From Dehalococcoidia bacterium (GTDB lineage: Bacteria; Chloroflexota; Dehalococcoidia; Plut-88900), in NCBI GenBank assembly GCA_965249275.1, contig CBDFLQ010000006.1:892492-956491 (forward strand): a stretch of 64,000 nt of DNA. The letters run 5' to 3'. Below the pieces are notes generated by a model that ran no database searches, was not told where the DNA came from, and saw nothing but the letters and a program-made list of their open reading frames with translations. Both the position numbers and the translations under genes were made by a program. The first letter of the stretch is position 1. Every line of letters starts with the position of its first letter. This document shows positions 35,907 to 45,905 of the stretch, in pieces.

Positions 35907-36200
35907 CTAGGTTATCTTGGCGACGATGTCGGACTCCCGCACTATCAGGTAATCCTCGTCATCCTCTTTCAACTCGGTGCCGGAGTACTTCCGGAACATG
36001 ACCATGTCGCCCTTTTTCACCTCCATGGCTACCCGGTTGCCGTCGTCATCGAGACGACCGGGGCCCACGGTTATGACCTCGCCCTCTTGGGGCTTCTCTC
36101 TAGCCGTGTCGGGAAGTACAAGGCCGCTGGCCGTGACCTCCTCTTTTTCGGCGGGCTTGATGAGCACTCCGTCTCCCAACGGTTCAAGCGTTCGTGTCAA
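35907..36200 (-). CDS. groS: Co-chaperonin GroES
   Basis: [23 protein letters not shown]. Confidence 0.98.
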   Translation of the reverse strand: MTRTLEPLGDGVLIKPAEKEEVTASGLVLPDTAREKPQEGEVITVGPGRLDDDGNRVAMEVKKGDMVMFRKYSGTELKEDDEDYLIVRESDIVAKIT

Positions 36201-36239
36201 TATGAATCCTCCTTTCGAATCATTCGTCCGTACAAAATT

Positions 36240-36266
36240 TTAGCACTCAAGTGGCCCGAGTGCTAA
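36240..36266. promoter_or_regulatory. CIRCE element (HrcA operator)
   Basis: Exact TTAGCACTC-N9-GAGTGCTAA upstream of groES. Confidence 0.97.
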
Positions 36267-36352
36267 CCGGTGCAGATTTTAACGCCAGAAATAGCGTTTC
36301 GCAAGGGGTTGATGTCACCCCTCTATGTGAACGGGATCAGGGGGGTTATTTG

Positions 36353-37051
36353 TTAATCGCCTCCTTCAGGCAAACTCTCTAATCGGAGTCCAAAAACCTG
36401 CCCGAACGCCTCTCTAAGCGCGCTCAGGACATCCCACCGGGACACGGGTCTACCCAATATCTTCTCCACGGAAGTCATGGGTGCGTCCTTGATCCCGCAC
36501 GGATATATCAGCGATAGGTGCTCCATGTCAGGGGAGACGTTGAGTGCAAAACCGTGCATCGTCACCCAGCGCCTGACGTGAATCCCTATCGAGGCGATCT
36601 TGTTTTCTCCAACCCACACCCCCGTCAACCCCTCCCGTCTTCTCCCCCCCACCCCGAGGCCCTCAAGGGCCCGTATCAAGACCTCTTCCAGCTTCCACAG
36701 GTGTTTGCGGAGGTCTATCCCATGCGAGGTAAGGTCCATGATCGTATAGCCGACTATCTGACCGGGGCCGTGGTAAGTGACGTCTCCTCCCCGGTTGGCG
36801 TGAAAGAATTGGATCCCGCGGTCGGTCAACTCTGACTCGGGTACCAGGATGTTCTCCATGTTGCCCGACCTTCCGAGCGTTATGACCGGCGGGTGTTCGA
36901 GCAGGACCAGGGTGTCGGGTATCTCATCAGCAATGCGCCGGTCTCTGAGGTCGGTCTGCAGGTCGAGGGCAGACTGATAGTCCACCAAGCCAAGATCCAG
37001 TACCTGCGCCTCCCTTTTATCAGTGGAGGCTTGTTTCTGTTCGGCTATCAT
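36353..37051 (-). CDS. lipB: Octanoyltransferase LipB
   Basis: LEHPPVITLG, RGGDVTYHGPGQ, KIASIG, HGFALN, PCG. Confidence 0.95.
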   Translation of the reverse strand: MIAEQKQASTDKREAQVLDLGLVDYQSALDLQTDLRDRRIADEIPDTLVLLEHPPVITLGRSGNMENILVPESELTDRGIQFFHANRGGDVTYHGPGQIVGYTIMDLTSHGIDLRKHLWKLEEVLIRALEGLGVGGRRREGLTGVWVGENKIASIGIHVRRWVTMHGFALNVSPDMEHLSLIYPCGIKDAPMTSVEKILGRPVSRWDVLSALREAFGQVFGLRLESLPEGGD

Positions 37052-37060
37052 GCATAAAAG

Positions 37061-37090
37061 GCTTTGGGCCGCTTAACAGCAGCCCAAAGC
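37061..37090 (-). terminator. Terminator after the 2-oxoacid oxidoreductase beta gene
   Basis: GCTTTGGGC...GCCCAAAGC hairpin followed by CTTTT on the minus strand. Confidence 0.65.
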
Positions 37091-37137
37091 AATTTCAAAT
37101 TAATCTACGCGGGCGCCTGATTACCCGAGAGCGGTAA

Positions 37138-38037
37138 CTAGACGCTGAAGCCGTCCAGCATCTTCTCCAAAGTCATCTGCCTGGCCTTGCTTCTGACCTC
37201 ATCCTGTCGCTCGTGCAAGGGCTTGGAGTCGGGGTCCTTGTAGATTATTCCTACAGGAATCCCGGGCTCGTGGATGGCCTTGTACGCCGACATCCTGTCG
37301 CTCGAATCGTAGTCTTCGGACAGGGCCCAGAGGGCGGGCTTTATCCCCTGCTTGGCATTACCTTTTAGGAGGTCGTAAGTGTCGTTGTATTCGGTGCAGG
37401 GGGACTGTATGTGCACTATGGAGAAGCCCTTGTGGTCCATCCCCTGGAGTATGAGAGAGGCCAGGTCCCTGGGCTTGCCCGAAAAACCGGAGGCAATGAA
37501 TGAGGCGCCGCTAGTAAGGTAGAGGTCCAGCGGGTCCACCGACCCCTCGATCTTGCCGAACGGTGTGCTTGAAGTCTTGACACCCATGTCGGTGGTCGGA
37601 GAACTCTGGCCCTTGGTGAGCCCGTAGACGCCGTTGTCCATGATGACAGCGCAGACGTCCAGGTTTCTCTGGGCCTGAGGCACGATGTGCTCTCCCCCAA
37701 TGCTGAGAAAGTCCCCGTCTCCAGCGACCACAAGAACATTCAACTCCGGCCGGGCCATCTTTATACCAAATGCCTGGGGCAGTGTGCGCCCGTGGACTCC
37801 GTGGATCCCGAAGGGTTGCTCGCCCTCGACCAGGTGGACCAGGTTACCGGAGCAGCCTATGCCCGCGACTATGACCGTCTCGGTAAGAGGGGCCTCGTCT
37901 CTCAAGGCCCGCTCCCGAATGGCCATCTCGACAGCACGCCGCACCCCGAAGTCGCCGCAACCGGGGCACCACTTGAAGTCGTACTCTGCGTTCTTGATCT
38001 TCGGCGCCTTTCGCGGCGCCTGCTTTAGTGTGGTCAT
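37138..38037 (-). CDS. korB: 2-oxoacid:ferredoxin oxidoreductase beta subunit
   Basis: WCPGCGDF, GIGCSG, TPP-binding GDGD...N..YGLTKGQ; substrate not determinable. Confidence 0.88.
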   Translation of the reverse strand: MTTLKQAPRKAPKIKNAEYDFKWCPGCGDFGVRRAVEMAIRERALRDEAPLTETVIVAGIGCSGNLVHLVEGEQPFGIHGVHGRTLPQAFGIKMARPELNVLVVAGDGDFLSIGGEHIVPQAQRNLDVCAVIMDNGVYGLTKGQSSPTTDMGVKTSSTPFGKIEGSVDPLDLYLTSGASFIASGFSGKPRDLASLILQGMDHKGFSIVHIQSPCTEYNDTYDLLKGNAKQGIKPALWALSEDYDSSDRMSAYKAIHEPGIPVGIIYKDPDSKPLHERQDEVRSKARQMTLEKMLDGFSV

Positions 38038-39749
38038 ACTTGAACTGTCCTTTCAGCCTGTACCCGGACTCTCTCCCCGATACGCTCTACCAGGTCTCTC
38101 ACCTTGAACGGCAGTCCCGTAATCTGGGTGATCGACTCGGCTTTCACGCCCTTAGCTCTCAGAATCATGGACATCTGCCCCATGTAGTTTAGCTCTGGGA
38201 CTATTACCAGTTCTTTCTTCTTCAGTTCTTTAAGCAGGGTCGGAGGCAAGGGGTTGATGTTCATCGTGTAGTACCAACCCAGATCGCACCCCTCGGCAAT
38301 GAGCTGCCGATATGCTTCCAGCCCAGGGCCTTTTGACCCACCCCACGGCAACAGCGTCACCGGGCAATCTCCGTTCTCCACCTCGAACTCGTCCTCCAGC
38401 AGCAGGTCCAGCTTGCTAAACCTGCGATTGGTCATCTGGATGTGCCTGTCCGGCCTGTGGGTTGTATCTCCATACGGGTCGTGCTCGCTGGCATTGGCCA
38501 CGTAGGGGCCCGGCCCGCCCGGAAGGGGCATGGGGGAGACGTGGCTGGCCTCATAACGCAGGTAGCCGTTCGACCCGGTATAGACGTCCCGGTTTTCGAC
38601 GACCAAGGCCTCGAGATTGGGCCTGGGAATGTTCTGCGCCCTCTCCGAGAGGTTGTGATCGCTGAGCAGGGCCACGGGGCCCTGGTACCGCTCCGCCCAG
38701 TTAAGGGCCTTGACCGCGGCATCAAAGCACTCCGACACGTCGCCGGGGGCTATGATCGGCAGTTCCATGTCCCCGTGGGCGGGATGCAAAGCCGCCAGCA
38801 GGTCAGACTGCTCGGTTTTCGTTGGCAGTCCCGTGGCCGGCCCACCCCTCATGACGTCAACCACTACGCAAGGAATCTCGGCCATCCAGGCAAACCCAAG
38901 GCCCTCGCTCATAAGGCTGAACCCGGGTCCTGCCGTGGAGGTCATCGCCTTCTTGCCGGCGTACCCCGCCCCCACTATTGAGTTAATGGATTCTATTTCG
39001 GAGCTGGCCTGATATGCGAACTTGCCTTCCCCGACCAGGTTGTTCTCCATGAATATCAGTATCGAAGTGGCCGGGGAGATGGGATATCCGATGAAGCAGT
39101 CGAGCCCTGCGGCTATGGCGCCCATGGAAAGGGCCTGATTACCGTTGATAAGTACCTGGTTACCCTCGGTCTTGGTGGCCGGGGCCAGGGTCCCGAGTCT
39201 CAAGCCGCTCTTGGCAGCGCCTTCCCTGCCGAGGAGCAGAGCCTTGTTGTTGGACTCAATTATCTGCTCGTCGTTGGCGCGGCCTCTCGTATAGCGCTTT
39301 CGGTTGAACTCCGCCAGGTACTCGTGGGGCATGTCGACCAGATGGGCCAAGGCTCCTACGACGACAAAGTTAGCCGCCCGCAAGTTGCCTGTGGAGCGGG
39401 CCATTTCCTCGAAGGGCAACCCGACGCTCTGATCATCCTCTTCAAGCTGGAAGTCACCGGTGTTATATATTACTACACCGTCTTCCCTAACCTCTTCCAG
39501 GTGGGTCTCGTAGGCTTCTTTGTTGAAGGCTACCAGGACGTTAAGGTCATCCCCGGAACTCAGAATAGGAGAGGTCGCTACCCGGACCTGGGTCCAGGTG
39601 GGTCCACCCCGGATCTGAGACGGAAAAGTCGAGAATGTCAGGACGTGGTAGCCTACCTGAGCCGCCGCCTGCGCCAAGGCCGCGGCTGCTGTCACTACAC
39701 CCTGCCCGCCCTCGCCGGCAAAGCGGACTACAAAGTCTCTTGTCTCCAA
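38034..39749 (-). CDS. korA: 2-oxoacid:ferredoxin oxidoreductase alpha subunit (gamma-alpha fusion)
   Basis: AGEGGQG, GYPISPAT, TSTAGPG, RGGPATGLPT. Confidence 0.9.
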   Translation of the reverse strand: METRDFVVRFAGEGGQGVVTAAAALAQAAAQVGYHVLTFSTFPSQIRGGPTWTQVRVATSPILSSGDDLNVLVAFNKEAYETHLEEVREDGVVIYNTGDFQLEEDDQSVGLPFEEMARSTGNLRAANFVVVGALAHLVDMPHEYLAEFNRKRYTRGRANDEQIIESNNKALLLGREGAAKSGLRLGTLAPATKTEGNQVLINGNQALSMGAIAAGLDCFIGYPISPATSILIFMENNLVGEGKFAYQASSEIESINSIVGAGYAGKKAMTSTAGPGFSLMSEGLGFAWMAEIPCVVVDVMRGGPATGLPTKTEQSDLLAALHPAHGDMELPIIAPGDVSECFDAAVKALNWAERYQGPVALLSDHNLSERAQNIPRPNLEALVVENRDVYTGSNGYLRYEASHVSPMPLPGGPGPYVANASEHDPYGDTTHRPDRHIQMTNRRFSKLDLLLEDEFEVENGDCPVTLLPWGGSKGPGLEAYRQLIAEGCDLGWYYTMNINPLPPTLLKELKKKELVIVPELNYMGQMSMILRAKGVKAESITQITGLPFKVRDLVERIGERVRVQAERTVQV

Positions 39750-40267
39750 TTGCCTTTCTCCCGTCTAGCCGGCCGCTGTAACGGTTTGAGCATCCACAAC
39801 TGGGGCCCTAAGAGGACACGGCCGTGCCTATCATGTCCATTTTTGTTCCCCTTCTTCTTTCCTCACGCGCGCATCGGGAGGCGATGCCAAAGGAACCCGC
39901 CATCGCGCAAGACCCCCCACTGCCTAGGCACGAGTGGCCGGAAAATCCTAGCATCTAGAGGGCCGGATGTCAACTTATGCACTTCCAAATACATCCCAAA
40001 TCCCGTTCCTTGACACTCAGACGGACAGAATGATAAAGTCCGAATCCGGTACTCAAGCAGGCCAGATTCCAGTCAGCCCCGTCCGGGCTTTGGTACCCGA
40101 CACTTTCGGACTTAATGTAGTCGAGTGTCGGTCATGTCGCCCAAGGCGGGGGGCCGGGACTTATGGCCCCCGGTGGCGTTCAAACGGCCCGGGGTTCTTG
40201 ACTCGGATGGCTCTAGCCCGGAACCTATATTTTGACAGTATCATGACAGGCTGCTCAGGGGGCACGA

Positions 40268-41413
40268 ATGGCTGAGGCCAAAGAAGATATTCAGCTACAC
40301 CGCGGGCTAAAAGGCATCTACTTCGAGCGATCGGCAGCCTCTTTTATCGACGGCGATGTCGGCAAGCTCCTCTATCGGGGATACAACATCCATGACCTCG
40401 CCGAGAACTCCACTTTCGAAGAAACCACTTATCTGCTCCTCCATGGCTCCCTGCCCACCCGCAGTCAGCTTAGCGAGATAGACGAAACCCTAAAGTCCAG
40501 CCGCCAAATTCCCGATGCCGTTTACCAGGTGATAGACTTGGTCAAGGATGCCCACCCGATGGATGTCCTGCGCACAGGGATATCCGCACTATCCGCCTTC
40601 GACCCCGACGTATCCGACAACTCCGCCGAGGCCAACATCCGCAAGGGCATCCGGGTAACGTCTCAGGCTTCCACCATTGTTGCCGCACACCACCGGATAA
40701 GGCAGGGCCTGGATCCCGTGACTCCCAACCCCTCGCTAGGCCATGCTGCAAGCTTCCTCCACATGCTTCACGGGGAAAAACCGACTGATGAGGATGCCAA
40801 GTTACTTGACGTCGACTTCATCCTCCACGCCGAGCACGGGACCAACGCATCGGCATTTGCGGCAAGGGTCTGCGCCAGCACAATCTCGGACCTCCACTCG
40901 GCCATCGTTACTGGCGTAGCCGTCTTGAAAGGGCCGGCACACGGGGGCGCCGCAGAGGCTGCCCAGACCATGACGCAGGCCATCGGCTCACCCGACAACG
41001 CCGAAACCTACATCAGGGACACCATCAAGAACGGCGGGCGGATAATGGGCTTCGGTCACAGGGTCTACAAGGCGGAGGATCCCAGGGCTAGGCACCTCAG
41101 AGAGAGGTCTCGGGCCTTGGGCGAGAAGCTGGGCGAGCCGGAGTGGTACCAAATCCTCACCCGTGTCGAAGAAGCGATGGCCCCCTATAGAAAGCGCGGC
41201 GTATTCGTAAACGTGGACTTTTACGCCGGTTCCATCTACCACCTCCTCGGCATCCCGGACGATCTGTTCATACCCCTGTTTGCCATGGGTCGCATACCCG
41301 GATGGACCCTGCAAGTAGTGGAACAACACGAAAAGAACATACTCATCCGGCCGCTTGCGGAGTACACGGGTCCGATGGACCTGGAGTACGTCCCACTGGA
41401 CCAGCGCGGGTAG
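40268..41413 (+). CDS. gltA: Citrate/2-methylcitrate synthase
   Basis: [36 protein letters not shown]. Confidence 0.9.
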   Translation: MAEAKEDIQLHRGLKGIYFERSAASFIDGDVGKLLYRGYNIHDLAENSTFEETTYLLLHGSLPTRSQLSEIDETLKSSRQIPDAVYQVIDLVKDAHPMDVLRTGISALSAFDPDVSDNSAEANIRKGIRVTSQASTIVAAHHRIRQGLDPVTPNPSLGHAASFLHMLHGEKPTDEDAKLLDVDFILHAEHGTNASAFAARVCASTISDLHSAIVTGVAVLKGPAHGGAAEAAQTMTQAIGSPDNAETYIRDTIKNGGRIMGFGHRVYKAEDPRARHLRERSRALGEKLGEPEWYQILTRVEEAMAPYRKRGVFVNVDFYAGSIYHLLGIPDDLFIPLFAMGRIPGWTLQVVEQHEKNILIRPLAEYTGPMDLEYVPLDQRG

Positions 41414-41522
41414 CGGACTCCCGCCTCCCTTTCGCTGCCTGAATCTCATAACTCTTTGTGCTATCATTTGCCAAGCTGTTTGCAGCAACCTCATTCGTCA
41501 ATATCGTGGGAGGAACATAACC

Positions 41523-41984
41523 ATGGCGGACCAGATCCAGGTAGGACAGGAAGCCCCCGACTTTACACTTAAAGGCACTCAGGGCGGGGACGTAACCCTA
41601 AGTAGTTACAGGGGCGACAAGAACGTACTCCTCGCTTTCTATATTCTCGATTTCACCGGCGGCTGAAGCACCGAACTGGCCACCCTTAGGGCGGCCCGGA
41701 GCTCCTTCAACGACGCCAACACCCAGGTCCTCGGCCTGAGCATCGACAGCATCTTCGCCCACAAAGTCTACGACCTCAGCCTAGGCGGTCTCTGGTTCCC
41801 ACTCCTCGCCGACTTCCACCCCAAGGGCGCGGTAGCGGACCTCTACGGCATCATGACTGAGAACGGCATCAGCAAGAGAGCCTGCTTCCTTATCGATAAG
41901 CAGGGCGTCGTACAGGCAGCTGAAGTGTACGAGCGGGGCCTGCCCGATGTCCCAGCCCTTGCCGCCAAGGCCGCGGCCCTTTAG
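41523..41984 (+). CDS. Peroxiredoxin (AhpC/TSA family), putative selenoprotein with UGA at 41664-41666
   Basis: APDFTL...LAFY..DFTGG-UGA-STE; the frame continues through [16 protein letters not shown] and [10 protein letters not shown] to TAG; SD GGAGG. Confidence 0.85.
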
Positions 41985-42017
41985 GCCCGGTCCGGTTTAC
42001 AGCGGAGGCGGCAGCCT

Positions 42018-42593
42018 ATGAAGACCAGGCAAGAAGCACTGGACCTCCTCCACGAATACACGAAGAGCGAAAACCTGCGAAAGCACGGCCTCGGGGTGGA
42101 GGCTGCAATGCGCGCCTATGCCCGCAAGTTCTCGGAGGACGAGGACGTCTGGGGAATTGTGGGCCTGCTCCATGACTTCGACTACGAGGTGCATCCCACC
42201 GCGGACAAACACCCTATGGAAGGCTCCAAAATCCTCAGGGAGCGGGGTTACCCGGAAGAGATCATCTACGCCATCCAGTGCCACGCCGACTACCTCGGCC
42301 TGGATAGGAAGGCGAATATGGATAAGGCCATTTTCGCCTGCGATGAGCTTGTCGGGCTCGTCAATGCCGTAGCCCTCGTCCAGCCCACGAAGAGCGTCAT
42401 GGACGTCAAGGTCAGGTCGGTCAAGAAGAAGCTGAAGGACAAGTCCTTCGCCAGGGGCGTGATTCGCGAAGACATTACTAACGGAACGGCCCAGCTTGGC
42501 GTCGAACTTGACGATCACATCGCAACGGTGATCGAGGCCATGCAGGGCGTCGCCGCCGAGCTCGGGCTGGACGGCAGCCTGGCCAAGTCTTAG
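42018..42593 (+). CDS. HD-domain metal-dependent phosphohydrolase
   Basis: RKH...GLLHDFDYE, KSFARGV. Confidence 0.88.
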   Translation: MKTRQEALDLLHEYTKSENLRKHGLGVEAAMRAYARKFSEDEDVWGIVGLLHDFDYEVHPTADKHPMEGSKILRERGYPEEIIYAIQCHADYLGLDRKANMDKAIFACDELVGLVNAVALVQPTKSVMDVKVRSVKKKLKDKSFARGVIREDITNGTAQLGVELDDHIATVIEAMQGVAAELGLDGSLAKS

Positions 42594-42601
42594 GGACTCC
42601 C

Positions 42602-42994
42602 TTGCAGCCCGACAAGATCCTGCTGGAGGGTATGGAGTTCTACGCCTATCACGGCGTCAATGAGATTGAGAAGACCCAAGGGCAGCGATTTATAGTCGAC
42701 GTGGAACTGTCCGCCGACCTTGCCAGGGCCGCAGAGACCGACTCCCTGGCAGACACCATCAACTACAGCGAAGTCTTTCGCCTGGTCAAACGCACAGTAG
42801 AAGGCCCTTCCCGTGACCTTATCGAGACCGTAGCGGGGGAGATAGCTGCCCGGGTTTTGCACGACTTCCCTGTGGAGCAGGTCAGGGTCAAAGTCAGCAA
42901 ACCGGACGTACCGATAACCGACGCAACACTCTCGGCGGCCGCGGTAGAGATCGTCAGGCGCCGGGATAACCCCCACGGAGGTAAAGCGAATTGA
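42602..42994 (+). CDS. folB: Dihydroneopterin aldolase
   Basis: FYAYHGV...EK..GQRF, TINY, LIE..A, KP. Confidence 0.93.
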   Translation: MQPDKILLEGMEFYAYHGVNEIEKTQGQRFIVDVELSADLARAAETDSLADTINYSEVFRLVKRTVEGPSRDLIETVAGEIAARVLHDFPVEQVRVKVSKPDVPITDATLSAAAVEIVRRRDNPHGGKAN

Positions 42995-43794
42995 ACGCAG
43001 CAAATGACAACCGGGACTGGGCCATAGTTCTCGGAGCGTCCAGCGGATTCGGGGGGGCTTGCGCCCTGGCGCTGGCGGAGAAGGGGCTTAACATAGCAGG
43101 CGTTCATCTCGACAGAAGGGCCACGCTGCCAAACGCTCAAGCCGTCGCTGCGAAAGTTAAAGCCTTGGGCGTCAGGGCCCTGTTCTTCAACACCAACGCC
43201 GCCGACGATGGGAAAAGAGCCAACGTCCTGGATAGTGTGAAGGAGAACCTGTCACCGGGCTCCTCGGTTAAAGTGCTGGTACACTCGCTGGCCTTTGGGA
43301 CCCTCAAAGCCTACGTACCGGAAGACCCCAAAGACTCGCTAACCCAGGCCCAGATGGACATGACCCTGCACGTCATGGCGAACTCCCTGGTCTACTGGGT
43401 TCAAGACATGGTCTATCGAGACCTGATGACTGAGGGGGGTCGGGTCTACGCCCTCACCAGTGCCGGTTCCCATCGAGTAGTTCCCACATACGGCGCAGTA
43501 TCAGCGGCCAAGGCCGCCCTGGAGTCCCACGTTAGACAGCTGGCCATGGAGCTCGGCGGGCGAGGTATCACAGTGAACGCCATCAGAGCCGGCATAACCA
43601 ACACCCCAGCCCTCAGGAAGATCCCCGGCCACGAGGAGCTCATAGCCGGTGCGTCCGCGAGCAATCCCGGAGGACGGATGACCACACCCCAGGATGTCGC
43701 TGCAGTCATCGCCATGCTGGCCACGGGTCCGACCGGTTGGATTTCCGGGGATGTAATCGGCGTAGACGGCGGAGAGGATATATCCGGGTTCTAG
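42991..43794 (+). CDS. SDR oxidoreductase, enoyl-ACP reductase (FabL/FabI-like)
   Basis: GASSGFG, YGAVSAAK (Yx6K), TPALRKIPG, VDGG. Confidence 0.75.
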   Translation: MNAANDNRDWAIVLGASSGFGGACALALAEKGLNIAGVHLDRRATLPNAQAVAAKVKALGVRALFFNTNAADDGKRANVLDSVKENLSPGSSVKVLVHSLAFGTLKAYVPEDPKDSLTQAQMDMTLHVMANSLVYWVQDMVYRDLMTEGGRVYALTSAGSHRVVPTYGAVSAAKAALESHVRQLAMELGGRGITVNAIRAGITNTPALRKIPGHEELIAGASASNPGGRMTTPQDVAAVIAMLATGPTGWISGDVIGVDGGEDISGF

Positions 43795-43813
43795 AAGCCC
43801 AGCATCTCTGCCT

Positions 43814-45007
43814 CTACCCCACGTCCCACGCCATATGGGGATATTTCCCCTCCAATAGGTTGACGTGCCGCTCGGATATTAGGGGCACAGGCAGGCCATC
43901 GTGGAAGATGAGACCCTCGCCACCCAGCCCGGACAGCCCCCCAGCCTCTACTTCCTTGGCCTGAATACAGAACTTAAAACCACCCAGACCCTCGGGGTCG
44001 ATCAAGTTGCCCAGTCCCATCATGTTGGCATTATATTTACTCGACGGCAGGCCCATGCCCCGAAGGCCGTTCCTGATCCCCAAGATGCCGAGGTTACCCA
44101 GGAAGTCCCTCTGGGAGACCAGTCCGCACGCCTGAAGCCCCCTTCTCTTTGCCATCTGCATCAGCGTCGTGAAGTCCACATGCGCGGTGATGTCCTGCCG
44201 CCCGATGCGCCGGAAAGGTTGGCTATTAACCGTGTGCCGATAGTGGCACATCAGCGTTCCCTGCGGTCGGGACGAGGAGTACAAATCCGAGGCTTCGTGC
44301 CCGTAGTCGATGCTGATTATGTATCCTGACTCCAGGGACTCGGCGAGGGAACGGGTCAGGTCTTCCAGGCCCAGGTTGATCTCGGCGCATTGGCCCTCGG
44401 CCAGAGTGACTCCTAGGCCATTGAGCCGCTCCTGCAAGAGCCCTGTAGACGGCTCACCCACAACTTCAACAAGCCCCCCACCCCCCACCCCGACGTACAA
44501 CTCCCGCAGTTTCCCTTCCTCCATCGTGACCCGGTGCACGGGCATCGCATCCAGGTACTCGTTGGACAGGATGCAACCGGTGATTCCCCTGAGAGGAATG
44601 CCGCCTGACACAACGTGATGGGCGCCCTGAACACGGTGTGCGTGTCTCATATCTATGGTCACATACTCCAAAGCGTCGGCAAAATCGGAGGAGACGTGGC
44701 ATGAATATTCGATGATGTCCCTAGCCATTACCCCTGTCCCAGCGCCCAGCTCAACTACATGGAACGGCGAGGGCTTGCCCATCATCCCCCACATTCCCGT
44801 CAGCTGCACCGTCAGCAGCGCCCCGAAGGCAGGATGGGCCACGGGGCTCGTGTAGAAGTCTCCCCCCGCCCCGATTCGCTCAGGGCCGGAGGAGTAGTAA
44901 CCCCAGGGCTCGTGATACAGCGCCAGATCCATGAAGCGAGCGAAGGTCATCGGGCCGCGGGCACGTACCTCTTCAACTATCAGCGATTCGAGAGGATTTT
45001 CGGCCAT
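43814..45007 (-). CDS. SAM-dependent methyltransferase, MidA/NDUFAF7 family
   Basis: FARFM..ALY...GYY, GDFYTSP, ELGAGTG, SNEYLDAMP, IDYG, QDITAHVDF. Confidence 0.9.
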   Translation of the reverse strand: MAENPLESLIVEEVRARGPMTFARFMDLALYHEPWGYYSSGPERIGAGGDFYTSPVAHPAFGALLTVQLTGMWGMMGKPSPFHVVELGAGTGVMARDIIEYSCHVSSDFADALEYVTIDMRHAHRVQGAHHVVSGGIPLRGITGCILSNEYLDAMPVHRVTMEEGKLRELYVGVGGGGLVEVVGEPSTGLLQERLNGLGVTLAEGQCAEINLGLEDLTRSLAESLESGYIISIDYGHEASDLYSSSRPQGTLMCHYRHTVNSQPFRRIGRQDITAHVDFTTLMQMAKRRGLQACGLVSQRDFLGNLGILGIRNGLRGMGLPSSKYNANMMGLGNLIDPEGLGGFKFCIQAKEVEAGGLSGLGGEGLIFHDGLPVPLISERHVNLLEGKYPHMAWDVG

Positions 45008-45113
45008 AAGGATAAGTCTGTCGAACCACGGGTCTGATTGACACCTAAACCGGCCCACTTGTAGGATATCGCATATTGCGGCACTGAGTTTTTCCATTCG
45101 GGAGCGACAGGCT

Positions 45114-45878
45114 ATGGCCACAAAAATCGACTTCAACTGCGACATGGGAGAGAGTTACGGCGCATGGAAGATGGGCCTCGACGAGGAGGTCATAAAGCAC
45201 GTTACCTCTTCGAACGTGGCCTGCGGCTATCATGCCGGAGACCCGATATGGATGCAGCACACCGTGAATTTGGCCAAGGCCAGCGGTGTCGCAATTGGCG
45301 CCCACCCTAGCTACCCAGACCTTCTCGGCTTTGGACGCCGCAACATGAACACAACCCCCGAAGAAGCCCGAGCCTATGTGAAATACCAGGTCGGGGCCTT
45401 GCAGGGGTTCATGGGCGGAGCCAAGCTCCAGCACGTCAAGGCCCACGGGGCCCTGTACAACTCCGCCGTCAAGAACGATGACCTCGCCAAGGGCATTTGC
45501 CAGGCCATCCTGGACATCGACCCCGAGATAATTCTTGTAGTGCTAGCCGGTACCAACTGGGTCAACATAGCCAAAGAGATGGGTAACCGGGTCGCTCGGG
45601 AGACGTTCGCCGACAGGGCGTTCAACGCTGACGGCACCCTCGTCGCCCGCTCAATAGAGGGCTCCGTGCTGCACGATCCCTCGGAAGTCGTTGAACGGAG
45701 CCTCAAAATGATCACGGAAGGCTCCGTAACTGCAATCACCGGGGAAGAGATCCCCATGCAGGCCGACACCATATGCCTCCACGGCGACAATCCCGGCGCC
45801 GTGGAGCTGGCTTCCGCCATCCGAAGTCGGTTCGAGGAAGCGGGCGTAGAGGTCGTTCCTATGGGGACTTTCTGCTAG
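45114..45878 (+). CDS. pxpA: 5-oxoprolinase subunit A (LamB/YcsF)
   Basis: DFNCDMGES, ACGYHAGDP, HVKAHGALYN, CLHGD. Confidence 0.93.
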   Translation: MATKIDFNCDMGESYGAWKMGLDEEVIKHVTSSNVACGYHAGDPIWMQHTVNLAKASGVAIGAHPSYPDLLGFGRRNMNTTPEEARAYVKYQVGALQGFMGGAKLQHVKAHGALYNSAVKNDDLAKGICQAILDIDPEIILVVLAGTNWVNIAKEMGNRVARETFADRAFNADGTLVARSIEGSVLHDPSEVVERSLKMITEGSVTAITGEEIPMQADTICLHGDNPGAVELASAIRSRFEEAGVEVVPMGTFC

Positions 45879-45905
45879 TCCCGAGCCGAGGGCAAAAGCC
45901 AGTGC

